Shown here: one piece after another, positions 9,249 to 18,392 of the stretch
Position numbering within the stretch: position 1 is the first letter of the stretch
Layout: every line of letters begins with the position of its first letter
Assembly (NCBI GenBank): GCA_947454545.1
Contig: CANGNB010000001.1
Location: 1 to 54,540 of the forward strand
Direction of reading: 5' to 3'
Length of the DNA: 54,540 nucleotides
Origin: Oligoflexaceae bacterium
GTDB taxonomy: Bacteria > Bdellovibrionota_B > Oligoflexia > Oligoflexales > Oligoflexaceae
Made by a program: the position numbers and the translations under genes
Notes under the pieces: model-generated
Databases searched by the model: none
Told to the model about the DNA's origin: nothing
Seen by the model: the letters and a program-made list of their open reading frames with translations, nothing else

Positions 9249-9337
9249 AACGCCTAACTATCCGAAAGCCCTCACCCCCCAAGCAAGCAACTTTTCTAAA
9301 TCCTATTTTTCTCAATTATTTCAATATGTCTGCTGTC

Positions 9338-10480
9338 TTATAAAGAGTCATGTGACTGTTTGTCTGACAGCTCCTGTCCAAGCAACTTGTCGACAAGCTC
9401 CATGTAGTACTGAGCATAGGCAGGATCTTGCAAGACAACGGGAACACCTTGATCAGATGCTTCACGAATACGACGATTCAAAGGTATGCGGGTGAGAATT
9501 TCAATCTTTCGCTCCGCAGCAAACTCTTCAATCTGCTGCTGTCCGAAGATGTCTTCAAAATGTCCGCAAGCTCCACACTGAAAGTGCGACATATTCTCAA
9601 CAAGACCAAGGACAGGGACTTTGAGCTTTTCGAACATGCTGAGTCCCTTGTGTGCATCCAAAAGGGCGACAGCTTGGGGTGTAGACACAACTATGCCCGC
9701 ATGCAAGGGAAGACTCTCGATCATAGTCAACTGCACATCGCCTGTGCCCGGAGGCAAATCAAGGATCAGGTAATCAAGTTCGCCCCATTCAGTCTGGTAG
9801 AAGAGCTGTTCGAGAGCTTTTGCCACCATGGGTCCCCGCCAGATTACTGGATGATAGGGATCCGACATAAACCCAAACGACACCACCTTCACGCCATGCT
9901 TTTCGAGAGGGACCATCTGCTGATTTGCAGATACGGGCATGATGCCCTCTATCCCCATTAAGAGGGGTGCTGACGGTCCGTAAAGGTCGGCATCCAAAAG
10001 ACCGACCTTATAGCCTTGCAATGCTAATCCGACAGCAAGGTTCACTGACACTGTCGATTTACCTACACCGCCTTTGCCCGAAGACACAGCTACGATCTTA
10101 GCAACACCGGGGATAGGCTTGCGCTTCCATTTTACGCCAAATGGACCTGTCTGGGGGGAAGAAACACTTGGCCCAGCGGATGTTGGCCCAACCCTGCCCG
10201 ACAAAGCTTGAAGACGCTTGAAGTAGACCTTCAAACCAAGGCCTTTTGCAGTGGCTTCTCCGACCAGAAACTTTTCAATCTCAGTCTTTTGATCGAGTGT
10301 GAGACCATCCGAAGCAATATAAGCTAAGTAACCGTAATCTTTATTTTCAATATCGATCAAGCGAGCTGCTGCCGAGGGGATTTCCGCGTTCTTCGCTTCA
10401 AAGCCCTTCTGCGCGAATGCTTTCTCGAGTAAACTCTGAATCAGTGGGGACAATTCCTTAAGGACCGTTTCCGGGGTCAT
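9338..10480 (-). CDS. mrp: Mrp/NBP35 (ApbC) Fe-S cluster carrier ATPase
   Basis: GKGGVGKST, DADLYGPS, WRGPM, DLPPGTGD and ENMS.F.CGACG motifs. Likely ATG at 10480 after AAGGA. Confidence 0.93.
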   Translation of the reverse strand: MTPETVLKELSPLIQSLLEKAFAQKGFEAKNAEIPSAAARLIDIENKDYGYLAYIASDGLTLDQKTEIEKFLVGEATAKGLGLKVYFKRLQALSGRVGPTSAGPSVSSPQTGPFGVKWKRKPIPGVAKIVAVSSGKGGVGKSTVSVNLAVGLALQGYKVGLLDADLYGPSAPLLMGIEGIMPVSANQQMVPLEKHGVKVVSFGFMSDPYHPVIWRGPMVAKALEQLFYQTEWGELDYLILDLPPGTGDVQLTMIESLPLHAGIVVSTPQAVALLDAHKGLSMFEKLKVPVLGLVENMSHFQCGACGHFEDIFGQQQIEEFAAERKIEILTRIPLNRRIREASDQGVPVVLQDPAYAQYYMELVDKLLGQELSDKQSHDSL

Positions 10481-10574
10481 GAGAATTTCCTTTGCTGAAG
10501 GGGCACGGCATGTGCTGCACGAGTGCGTCATAACCAAGACCTTTTCCCTCTACTTGAATTCAGGAAAAAACGCT

Positions 10575-10820
10575 ATGCGAGATATAAAAGTCTACACAAC
10601 CCGTGTCTGTAGTTATTGCCAAGCAGCCAAACGTCTCCTTGAGCAGCTCGGCCTTCCTTACGAAGAAATCGGCTTAGATGATAAACCTGAGCTACGTCAA
10701 AAATTATCAGAAGAGAACGGCTACTATCGCACCGTACCGATGATCTTTGTTGACGGCCAGTTCGTGGGCGGTTTCACGGACCTGCAAGCTCTTCACAAGC
10801 AGGGCAAATTGCTTGTCTAA
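10575..10820 (+). CDS. grxC: Dithiol glutaredoxin (Grx3-like)
   Basis: CSYC active site, TVP and GGFTD motifs. ATG at 10575 after AGGA. Confidence 0.9.
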   Translation: MRDIKVYTTRVCSYCQAAKRLLEQLGLPYEEIGLDDKPELRQKLSEENGYYRTVPMIFVDGQFVGGFTDLQALHKQGKLLV

Positions 10821-12213
10821 TTCGCGGCAGCGCATTCGTCTCTTTCTGGTCCTTATAGCTTTCCTCGCTCTTTCTCAGGACGGGGTGAGACCTCACATCT
10901 TAGCAACGGTATCGCAGTTGGAAACTTCTCCCCTGCGATCAGCTCCCGATCTGACAGAGAAAGCTAAACCTACTTCAGAGACGCTTCATCTTGATTCAGC
11001 CCCTCAAGAGGATGGTGAAAGTAAGGCTGCCGAGCAAACTCTTCGCAATCTCTTTCGTGAGGCGCACTTTTCCGAGGCCATTCTCATCGCGCAGAATCAA
11101 CTTCGCAGCGAAACTCTATCTGTAATCTACAAAGAATGGCTTAGGGAACAATTGCCAACTTTAAAGCTTGGGCTTGCTTGGCAGTTTATTCGACAAGGTC
11201 GCTGTGAAGACGCTCAATCCTACCTAGAACCTGCTCAAAAAGGTAATAGTTCCGCTTTGGCTTTGAAAGGTCTCGGATACTGCGCCCTCAAACGAAGGGA
11301 TAGCTACGCAGCCCTCGATTACCTCCAACACTATGTAGAAAAAAATCCAATGGATCCTGAGTCCTATATTCTTCTTGCTGAAGCAAAAGAATCGCTCGGC
11401 CTCATGGATGAAGCATTACAACTCACGCAAAAAGCCCAATCTCTTGAGACTCTAACAGACGAAGAGCGAGACGAGCTCCAGCATCGAGAACAAAAGATTA
11501 CGGCTAAGTTAGATGAAGTACCTGCTCAAGGAGAGATAAGCGCAGGGTATTTCCTGCTGCGATTTCAAATACAGGAGAATCAAAATCTTGTTCAAGGCAG
11601 CCTAGAAATTCTACAAAATCATGTTCAAAATCTGGTGCAAAACCTTGGATTTGAGTACCCTACCAATCCTATTGAAGTGATCTTTCATCGCCAGGACAAT
11701 TTTAATCGCTCCACCCACGGCCCCGAATGGTCCTCAGGGATCTACGATGGACGTATGCGCATACCCGTGCAGCCCCAACAGATTTTGGACGAAAATTTAG
11801 CCCGTGTCCTGCGTCATGAGTTGACTCATGCGATGCTCAGCGAACAGGCTCGCCACCAATTTCTGCCTCGCTGGTTTCAAGAAGGGCTAGCTCAATTTGC
11901 CGAATGCCCTCAGTTCTGCTTGTCTTATCGATTTGCGGCCACATCCCAGAGATTTTTGAATCCTGAAGCATTCGAACAAAGCTTTCAACAGCTCAGTGAT
12001 ATGGAAGCTCAGCTTGCCTACCGCCAGAGTCTCTACCTGATTCTTACCCTTAACAGGCAATATCAGGGACTTTCAGGATTAAAGCAAATCATCCAGCAAC
12101 TTCCTCAGCTGAATGTCATGAGTTCCGATCAAATCCTGAGCCAAGTGGGAAGCGACTATCGCTCGCTCTACACTTTGGCCAGTGAGGGATGGACCCAACA
12201 AAAAAGCTTTTAG
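10813..12213 (+). CDS. TPR protein with a C-terminal gluzincin/MA-clan zinc metallopeptidase domain
   Basis: N-terminal hydrophobic anchor and TPR helices. HELTH zinc motif followed by LPRWFQEGLAQ. The probable TTG start overlaps the grx stop (start uncertain). Confidence 0.8.
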   Translation: MSNSRQRIRLFLVLIAFLALSQDGVRPHILATVSQLETSPLRSAPDLTEKAKPTSETLHLDSAPQEDGESKAAEQTLRNLFREAHFSEAILIAQNQLRSETLSVIYKEWLREQLPTLKLGLAWQFIRQGRCEDAQSYLEPAQKGNSSALALKGLGYCALKRRDSYAALDYLQHYVEKNPMDPESYILLAEAKESLGLMDEALQLTQKAQSLETLTDEERDELQHREQKITAKLDEVPAQGEISAGYFLLRFQIQENQNLVQGSLEILQNHVQNLVQNLGFEYPTNPIEVIFHRQDNFNRSTHGPEWSSGIYDGRMRIPVQPQQILDENLARVLRHELTHAMLSEQARHQFLPRWFQEGLAQFAECPQFCLSYRFAATSQRFLNPEAFEQSFQQLSDMEAQLAYRQSLYLILTLNRQYQGLSGLKQIIQQLPQLNVMSSDQILSQVGSDYRSLYTLASEGWTQQKSF

Positions 12214-12239
12214 ACTTCTCCAGGCTCTTCTGCCTGAGC

Positions 12240-14123
12240 TTAAAAAGCAGGCTCGATCACGGGAACCTTAGTTTCTCCGGAACGGGCTGTTTCCAGAGCT
12301 CGATCCCTAACCAATCGACGCAAGATTTTGCCGATAGGACTCTTGGGAAGGCTTCTACAAAAGTGGATCGCGTGAGGTCGCTTGTAATTGGTCAAATTCT
12401 TATGAAATGCTTCTTGCAATTGCTCTTTCAAGCGAAGGAGTTGCTCTAATGAAAATTCCCCAGCAGCTAGGCCTGAGGGAACACAGTAGACAACTACCTT
12501 CTCCCCCGAATGAGAATCGGGCACCCCGACAGCGGCAACCTCTGCAACAAGGTGAGTCTCCAGCGCAACGGATTCAATTTCATCGGGATAGACATTAAAC
12601 CCTGACACAATAATCATTTCTTTAATACGGCCGACGATATGAATGTAACCCTTTGCGTCAATGACACCGAGATCTCCTGTGCGCATCCAACCATCGTCGG
12701 TAATCATAGCTTTTGTTTCGCTTGGATTATCAAGATAGCCTAACATCACCTGAGGACCCTTAATAAAAATCTCCCCAACAGCTGTTGGATCTCCAAGAGG
12801 CAAGTCATCACCTGATTGGGAATCTCTTAATTTCATTAAGGTACCACCAATAGGCAAACCGCAGGAACTTGGCATTGGTCGATCATAGGGATTGAAAGTC
12901 GCCACAGGAGAGGCTTCGGTCAAACCAAAACCTTCAATGATAGCTTTTCCGACCCGCTTCTCCCACTGGCGATAGACCTCTGCTGCCAAACCCATTCCAG
13001 CAGAAAGAGTATACGTTCGCTCGAAGTGGGCTTCTTCGAAATCAGGACGGCTCATCAACGCCACAAAGAGAGTCTGAATTCCAGGCATGACATCAAAGGT
13101 TCTCGATTTCAGGGTCTTCATAAAAGATTCAAGATCACGAGGGTTGGGAATAAGTGACACAGCTAGGCCAGTCGCAACTGTAAACAGAAAAAAGCAATGC
13201 AAAGAATAGATATGATACAGAGGCAAAGGCAGGGCAATCCAACCATGAGCTCCATCGTTTAGGACCTCAAGATCTCTATATCTCAGAGTCATGAGACCTG
13301 AGTAGTATGCTGAGACTACATTCGTCGTCATACCCCAATGCGAAAGCATAGCTCCCTTGGAGCCACCGGTTGTACCACCTGTATACTGGTAGAAAGCCGG
13401 TTTTTTGCAGTCGCACAACTCAGAAATGTTCCTGAGTTTCTCAGCCCACGCCTTGGGATCTTTGCGCCAGCTGTGCCATCCTAATGTCAGAGCTCTAGGG
13501 AATCGAACATGAGTCACGGACTTTGGATATGAATGAGCAGGCACCATTTTTTTCACATAGCGCACAAGAGTATTTTTCAGGGCTCGCTTCAAAGGAGCTT
13601 CTAGATCAAAAAGATCGGTTTCTATAACTTTTTTAACAGCGGTTTCTTGGACCACTCGAGCTAAATTTGAAGCTGTGTTAGCCAAGCAGATAACGAGCTG
13701 GGCTTTTGAGTGATTGAGCTGATGCTTAATTTCACGTTCTGTATACAGGGGATTTACATTCGTTACGATCATCCCGGCTTTCATAATAGCGAGAACAGAC
13801 ACAACATATTGAGAAATATTTGGCATCAGAATCGCAACGACATCTCCTGATTGCAGTCCAGATTCTGTCAAAAGATATGTTGCCAAAGCATTTGAAGCTT
13901 CGTCAACCTGACGAAAGCTCAGGCTTTGACCCAGAGTTTCCAGTGCTATAGAGTCCGCAGACCTTTGCAGACGACGATTCCACAGCTTAATCAGAGTATC
14001 GTGAGGAGAGGACGTCCCAAAATTGAGATCGATATCTATGCTACGGCCTATTTCTTGGAGCTTTGGTTCCCAAAAGGCTCGAACCTGAGAATCACTCAGT
14101 TGAAATATTTGTTTAGCTGACAT
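12240..14123 (-). CDS. fadD: Long-chain fatty-acid--CoA ligase (AMP-binding family)
   Basis: QYTGGTTGGSKG, NPLYT.RE, LPLYHI, EGFGLTEASP, GPQVM.GY, TGD, SGFNVYP.EIE and LPKS.IGK motifs. Confidence 0.9.
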   Translation of the reverse strand: MSAKQIFQLSDSQVRAFWEPKLQEIGRSIDIDLNFGTSSPHDTLIKLWNRRLQRSADSIALETLGQSLSFRQVDEASNALATYLLTESGLQSGDVVAILMPNISQYVVSVLAIMKAGMIVTNVNPLYTEREIKHQLNHSKAQLVICLANTASNLARVVQETAVKKVIETDLFDLEAPLKRALKNTLVRYVKKMVPAHSYPKSVTHVRFPRALTLGWHSWRKDPKAWAEKLRNISELCDCKKPAFYQYTGGTTGGSKGAMLSHWGMTTNVVSAYYSGLMTLRYRDLEVLNDGAHGWIALPLPLYHIYSLHCFFLFTVATGLAVSLIPNPRDLESFMKTLKSRTFDVMPGIQTLFVALMSRPDFEEAHFERTYTLSAGMGLAAEVYRQWEKRVGKAIIEGFGLTEASPVATFNPYDRPMPSSCGLPIGGTLMKLRDSQSGDDLPLGDPTAVGEIFIKGPQVMLGYLDNPSETKAMITDDGWMRTGDLGVIDAKGYIHIVGRIKEMIIVSGFNVYPDEIESVALETHLVAEVAAVGVPDSHSGEKVVVYCVPSGLAAGEFSLEQLLRLKEQLQEAFHKNLTNYKRPHAIHFCRSLPKSPIGKILRRLVRDRALETARSGETKVPVIEPAF

Positions 14124-14185
14124 AGCTACCCCACATTTAGGATGAGAAAGAAGTTCCCTCTATCATAAACCTGGACTCACTATTT

Positions 14186-15154
14186 CTACACTAGTTGATC
14201 CCAAAAATTTTGCATGTCTTCAGGTAAGGGGCAGCGCACCTCATAAACTTTTTCATCTTCGGGATGGATGAAAGTCAGGGCATGAGCATGCAGGAGGCAT
14301 CTTTTGAATCCTGTCTGTTCTACGACTCTATCCGTGAGCCCCTGCACAAACCATTCTAGAAAAACCTGCTCATCAGGATGAAAGAGTCTATCTCCGACAA
14401 GATTGTGGCCAGCATAGGCTGCGTGAATTCGAATCTGATTCGTACGTCCCGTCTTTGGAAAAGCTTTGAGCAGAACGTGCTGAGCCTTTTGTTCCAGCAA
14501 TTGAAATCGAGTCTCTGCGGGTAAGCCATCGGGCACCACCCACTTTTTGATACGAATTTCGCTCTGAGTCAGATCGCCAATAGGTCCTTGCTCTGTCCAG
14601 TGAGCTTCCTGGCAGTGGCCATGAGCTATAGCAAGGTATTCCTTCTGCAAAGTGCGGCTCGCAAGCGAAGCCGCTAAGGTTTTTCGAACTTCGTAGGTTG
14701 CCCCACAAAGGACTATGCCTGAAGTTTCGCGGTCTAACCTATGCACAGCAGCCCATTCAGGGCCAATTTCTGTTTTTAACAGCTCTGAAAATGTATTTTT
14801 TCGATAGGGGCCATTTTCATGCATAGGAAGGGGGGCAGGCTTAAAAACAGCCATTACGGCACCCACACGCCAGAGAGGATAGATACCTCTATCGACTTCA
14901 GGCTCTACACTCGGGGGATGGTAAAGTGCTAACTGTTGACCAGGACGAAGCTTATAAGAAGCATCGACGATCGCTCCATCCACTCGTAATTCACCAGACT
15001 TTAAACGTTTTTGCCAAGCCGCTCGTGACAAAAAGGGATAGTTTTGCGCCAAATAGGCATCCGCTCGCTGCCCTGCACGTTCCGTCAGGAGCGGTCCCCC
15101 TAGGGCCCGAAACTCGCCATCGTAATCAATATTTTCAGCTGGACTTTTAATCAT
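14186..15154 (-). CDS. RluA-family 23S rRNA pseudouridine synthase with an S4-like N-terminus (RluC/D-like)
   Basis: HRLDRETSG catalytic motif, TGRTNQIRIH, GD.L and LHAH.L.F.HP. Confidence 0.92.
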   Translation of the reverse strand: MIKSPAENIDYDGEFRALGGPLLTERAGQRADAYLAQNYPFLSRAAWQKRLKSGELRVDGAIVDASYKLRPGQQLALYHPPSVEPEVDRGIYPLWRVGAVMAVFKPAPLPMHENGPYRKNTFSELLKTEIGPEWAAVHRLDRETSGIVLCGATYEVRKTLAASLASRTLQKEYLAIAHGHCQEAHWTEQGPIGDLTQSEIRIKKWVVPDGLPAETRFQLLEQKAQHVLLKAFPKTGRTNQIRIHAAYAGHNLVGDRLFHPDEQVFLEWFVQGLTDRVVEQTGFKRCLLHAHALTFIHPEDEKVYEVRCPLPEDMQNFWDQLV

Positions 15155-15217
15155 TTGCCTTTAGAGTGAACCCGTTGATCAACTGCTAGCCTTGAATGGA
15201 GAAGCTCTTAGCACACA

Positions 15218-15685
15218 ATGGATGAGAAGGGAATCAAAGTCCTTGGGTCAAATCGCAGGGCGTTTCATGAATATACTATCTCCGACACCTGGGAAGCTGG
15301 GATTGCGCTTCAGGGTACGGAAGTCAAAGCTTTGCGCGACGGCAAGGTAAATCTCACTGATGGCTGGGTCGATATCACTGGAGGTGGTCAGGCCATGCTT
15401 CGCGATGTGCACATAGGACATTATTCGCACGGCAACATCATGAACCATCTGGAGCGTCGCTCCCGAACTTTGCTGCTGCATCGCAGGGAAATTGAGAAAC
15501 TCATTAGAGCTACTCAAGCCAAAGGATACACACTCCTTCCTCTCAAAATTTATTTCCGGGGACGCTTCGTTAAAATCGAAATTGGTTTGGGTAAGGGCAA
15601 GAAATCCTACGACAAGCGTGATACTGCCAAAGAAAAAGATGCGAAGAGAGAGGTGGATAGGGCCATGAAAGGCCAGAGGCGCTGA
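15218..15685 (+). CDS. smpB: SsrA-binding protein
   Basis: NRRAFHEY, EAGIAL.GTEVKALR, LLLHRREI and GKGKK.YDKR tail. Confidence 0.98.
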   Translation: MDEKGIKVLGSNRRAFHEYTISDTWEAGIALQGTEVKALRDGKVNLTDGWVDITGGGQAMLRDVHIGHYSHGNIMNHLERRSRTLLLHRREIEKLIRATQAKGYTLLPLKIYFRGRFVKIEIGLGKGKKSYDKRDTAKEKDAKREVDRAMKGQRR

Positions 15686-15724
15686 TGCTGCTTTTCGCTT
15701 TCTGAAGCGAAAAGCAGCATCAGC
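15681..15724. terminator. 20-bp perfect inverted repeat, probable bidirectional terminator
   Basis: gctgatgctgcttttcgctt-tctg-aagcgaaaagcagcatcagc, between convergent genes and including the smpB stop codon. Confidence 0.7.
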
Positions 15725-15755
15725 ATACCTCTCCAGAACTATGTTCAATGCTGAA

Positions 15756-17288
15756 TTATTTGCCTTTGATTTTTTTTGCTGCTTCGCGAGAAACTTCTCG
15801 AGTCAGTTGAATATCTTCAAGCCACTTCGATTCTTCGAGACTCCAAGTCTTAAGAGTCCGCGCACCATCATCAGCCAATGAACGAACGATAGCAAAAATC
15901 GACTTTCCATCAAGTGAGAAATTCAAAGTTCCGAAATACGCATCATTGCTAACTGTTAACTCAAGGGCCGGGGTGCTTTTCGACTTTGAATAGACCAGAG
16001 CCTTGCGATACTGAGGTGTGAAGCTTCCCCGACGCGCTCGAACATCCTTGGCCTGAACAAGAGCAACCCCAGTTTGGGGACTGACATCAAGCTGCACCTG
16101 ATCTCCTACCCAATCCTTAGGAAGATCGAGGTTTTGAGTTGTGAAAGTTTCTCCAGACCATCCTTTAATCGTTCGCAAGATCAGCTTTTGTGCATCCAAG
16201 CCCTGTTCCAGAAGTCCAAACCATTCCTGAGATTGTACCAACTTGGAACCTTTTTTGAGGACGAGAATACTTTCAGGTTCGCGACTTCCCCCTGCAAAAC
16301 GAAGCAGCTCGCCTCTTTCAGGGGCTAGAGCAAAAACCTTTGGGGGCTGAAACTCCACGAAAAGCGGGACTAATTTACGATCAAATGTCGCAAGTGTACG
16401 CCTTTGTAAACTTACAAAATCAAAGCCCAAGACATTGCCTTGATCTAGGTCAGCCAGAACAGTCCCCTGATCTGAGGGTACGATTTTATAATGGGCATTT
16501 GGAAAATTCTTGATGATACGCTGCTGTTGATTCCACTGCACTCCCGTGCCACCTACAAGTCCTTCTCCACAGCTGGCTTCAGACTTCTTAAGATCGAGTA
16601 TTGTAGCCCCATCCAGGGGTTGACCATGCCCGACGAGAGCAGGAAAACCATCTAATCGAACGCCGACTATCCTTCGACTCGTTCTCGCTTGGATATCGAT
16701 TTCATAGATATAAAACTTGGGCTCTGCTTGGATAGCTTCGCCCGCTGTTCGACTCGCAAAATAGATGAATTTCCCATTTTGAGTCAGGAAAAAATCCCCC
16801 TGCCTCGGATTGCTGAGGTACGAAAAGCAATCGGAAGCTCTAAGCACATTCTCCTGACCGGTCTTGATGATTTCTTGGGATGATCCACCTTGCTTTGTGC
16901 CTGAAGGGTTGGAAACTGATTCCACTGAACGAACCGCACTATGAGCGGCAGAGCTGCCCTGATTCACAGAGGCCTCGGGGGCCTTTGAAGGAGCGGGAGC
17001 TGAAGGCACCACGACCCCCGGTGGAGGACCAGGAATCACGGGAGCTTGTTGATTGGGGAGCTTTGGGCCTTGACCTTTTGGAGCCATGGGTGCCCCTGCA
17101 GGTACAGGCACCCCTTCCGGCGGCCCTGGAGGCATTGCATAGCCCTTAGGAGGAGGAGTCATTCCCCCCTGATTTTGAGCCACATAAATCGCAGAATGCG
17201 TTGAGGGTCCTTCAGAAAGGTTTTGCGCCCGCAGACCACAAGCCCATAAAAGTGCTCCCCCAAGACAGCTTCCCCAATAGATTCTCAT
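15756..17288 (-). CDS. Secreted hypothetical protein with a Pro-rich N-terminal region and a probable beta-propeller
   Basis: Signal-like N-terminus. PPGPPEGVPVP and PGPPPGVVVP repeats. Blade-like segments (LTQNGKFIYF, VSPQTGVALV, FSLDGKSIFA). ATGA overlap with the upstream gene. Confidence 0.6.
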   Translation of the reverse strand: MRIYWGSCLGGALLWACGLRAQNLSEGPSTHSAIYVAQNQGGMTPPPKGYAMPPGPPEGVPVPAGAPMAPKGQGPKLPNQQAPVIPGPPPGVVVPSAPAPSKAPEASVNQGSSAAHSAVRSVESVSNPSGTKQGGSSQEIIKTGQENVLRASDCFSYLSNPRQGDFFLTQNGKFIYFASRTAGEAIQAEPKFYIYEIDIQARTSRRIVGVRLDGFPALVGHGQPLDGATILDLKKSEASCGEGLVGGTGVQWNQQQRIIKNFPNAHYKIVPSDQGTVLADLDQGNVLGFDFVSLQRRTLATFDRKLVPLFVEFQPPKVFALAPERGELLRFAGGSREPESILVLKKGSKLVQSQEWFGLLEQGLDAQKLILRTIKGWSGETFTTQNLDLPKDWVGDQVQLDVSPQTGVALVQAKDVRARRGSFTPQYRKALVYSKSKSTPALELTVSNDAYFGTLNFSLDGKSIFAIVRSLADDGARTLKTWSLEESKWLEDIQLTREVSREAAKKIKGK

Positions 17289-18283
17289 ATACCCATGACC
17301 CCTTCTTTTCCGAGTTCCTCCCGCTTGACCCTTTTCATGATACGAAAAATTTCCTTGGGTGGCGATGCTAAGGGGTCTCTTATATATTTAGGGAAAAGTA
17401 ACCAGCCTTCCTTAGGGACGGCTAGAGCTCCTGACCTAGTCCTTCCGATAGCTTGCCCTTGCTTGAGTTCCTGAAAGTTGACAAGCCCCTCATCAAGGAG
17501 CATACCTTCGGTGAAAGCGACAACTTCTTTCCATGTATAAATTTCTGAAGAGTTGTTCTTTTGCTGGAACCTAGCACCATCTAAAAACTTAGCCTGAACA
17601 AAGGAGAGAGCCTCGAGTGCCACCTGCAAGCCTACTCCGCTTTGGTAAGTATCAAAGCCTTTCTGTCCAAGCTCGAGCGTTATTCCAACACCGCCCTTAT
17701 AATTCACGTACTCATCGGTACACATACCATCTTTCGAAAATGAAGAGCCCCAGTGAGTCACAACAGGGATCTTACTGTGGAGCGCCTGAGCAAAGTCAAA
17801 ACAGGCTTCTGTATAGGGAAATATAAAGAAAGGCTTTAAAGTTGGCTCAATTGTCTGATGAATATCAAGGAAGAAAGCAGTTTTAGCCAGCAAAGGTTCC
17901 AGTTCGCGCGCTCGCTTATCCTCATCGTCTTCCGCTGTTTTACGCCCAAATGATCTATTTAAATCACGCAAAAGAAAACGACGATTAGCTTTTGCTGCAA
18001 AAGGATTTCCCAACGCAAAACCGATTGAAATCGAGGGAGTTAAGATACCACTGCGGAGGAGCTGTGCTGTGCTCAGCAGCACGTCCATTCCTCCAACCTC
18101 GTTGCCATGCGTGATAGCCTGTAGGGTGAGGTGCACAGGTTTTTGACTGGAGTTCTCCAGAGCTTTGGGAGGATGCCAAACATAGGCCAGAGGAGCTACT
18201 TTCTCGATAGATCCAGGGCCTTGCCCCCAAAGTTCAAAAAAAGTTTCAAAAGAATTGATGACGGCAGAGATTGTCTCTTCCAT
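17285..18283 (-). CDS. Succinylglutamate desuccinylase/aspartoacylase (M14-like Zn hydrolase) family protein
   Basis: HGNE zinc motif, GNP.A, R....DLNR.F, LDIHQT and TLELGQ. Confidence 0.85.
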   Translation of the reverse strand: MEETISAVINSFETFFELWGQGPGSIEKVAPLAYVWHPPKALENSSQKPVHLTLQAITHGNEVGGMDVLLSTAQLLRSGILTPSISIGFALGNPFAAKANRRFLLRDLNRSFGRKTAEDDEDKRARELEPLLAKTAFFLDIHQTIEPTLKPFFIFPYTEACFDFAQALHSKIPVVTHWGSSFSKDGMCTDEYVNYKGGVGITLELGQKGFDTYQSGVGLQVALEALSFVQAKFLDGARFQQKNNSSEIYTWKEVVAFTEGMLLDEGLVNFQELKQGQAIGRTRSGALAVPKEGWLLFPKYIRDPLASPPKEIFRIMKRVKREELGKEGVMGI

Positions 18284-18392
18284 ACCTTGGCCAAACCTCC
18301 CTCAATGCAGGGCTTAAAGATCCCATGAGTTGGGCATTAGGCCCCAGGTTACACGAGGAGAGAGGACTTGTTGAAGTCTTTTTACCGACCCC

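Noticed and set aside
15155-15760. tmRNA (ssrA) or an integration site beside smpB
   Set aside because: No GGGG..GGATTCGAC 5' end or TTCGA.TCCC...CCACCA 3' end, no room between the genes, and no integrase.
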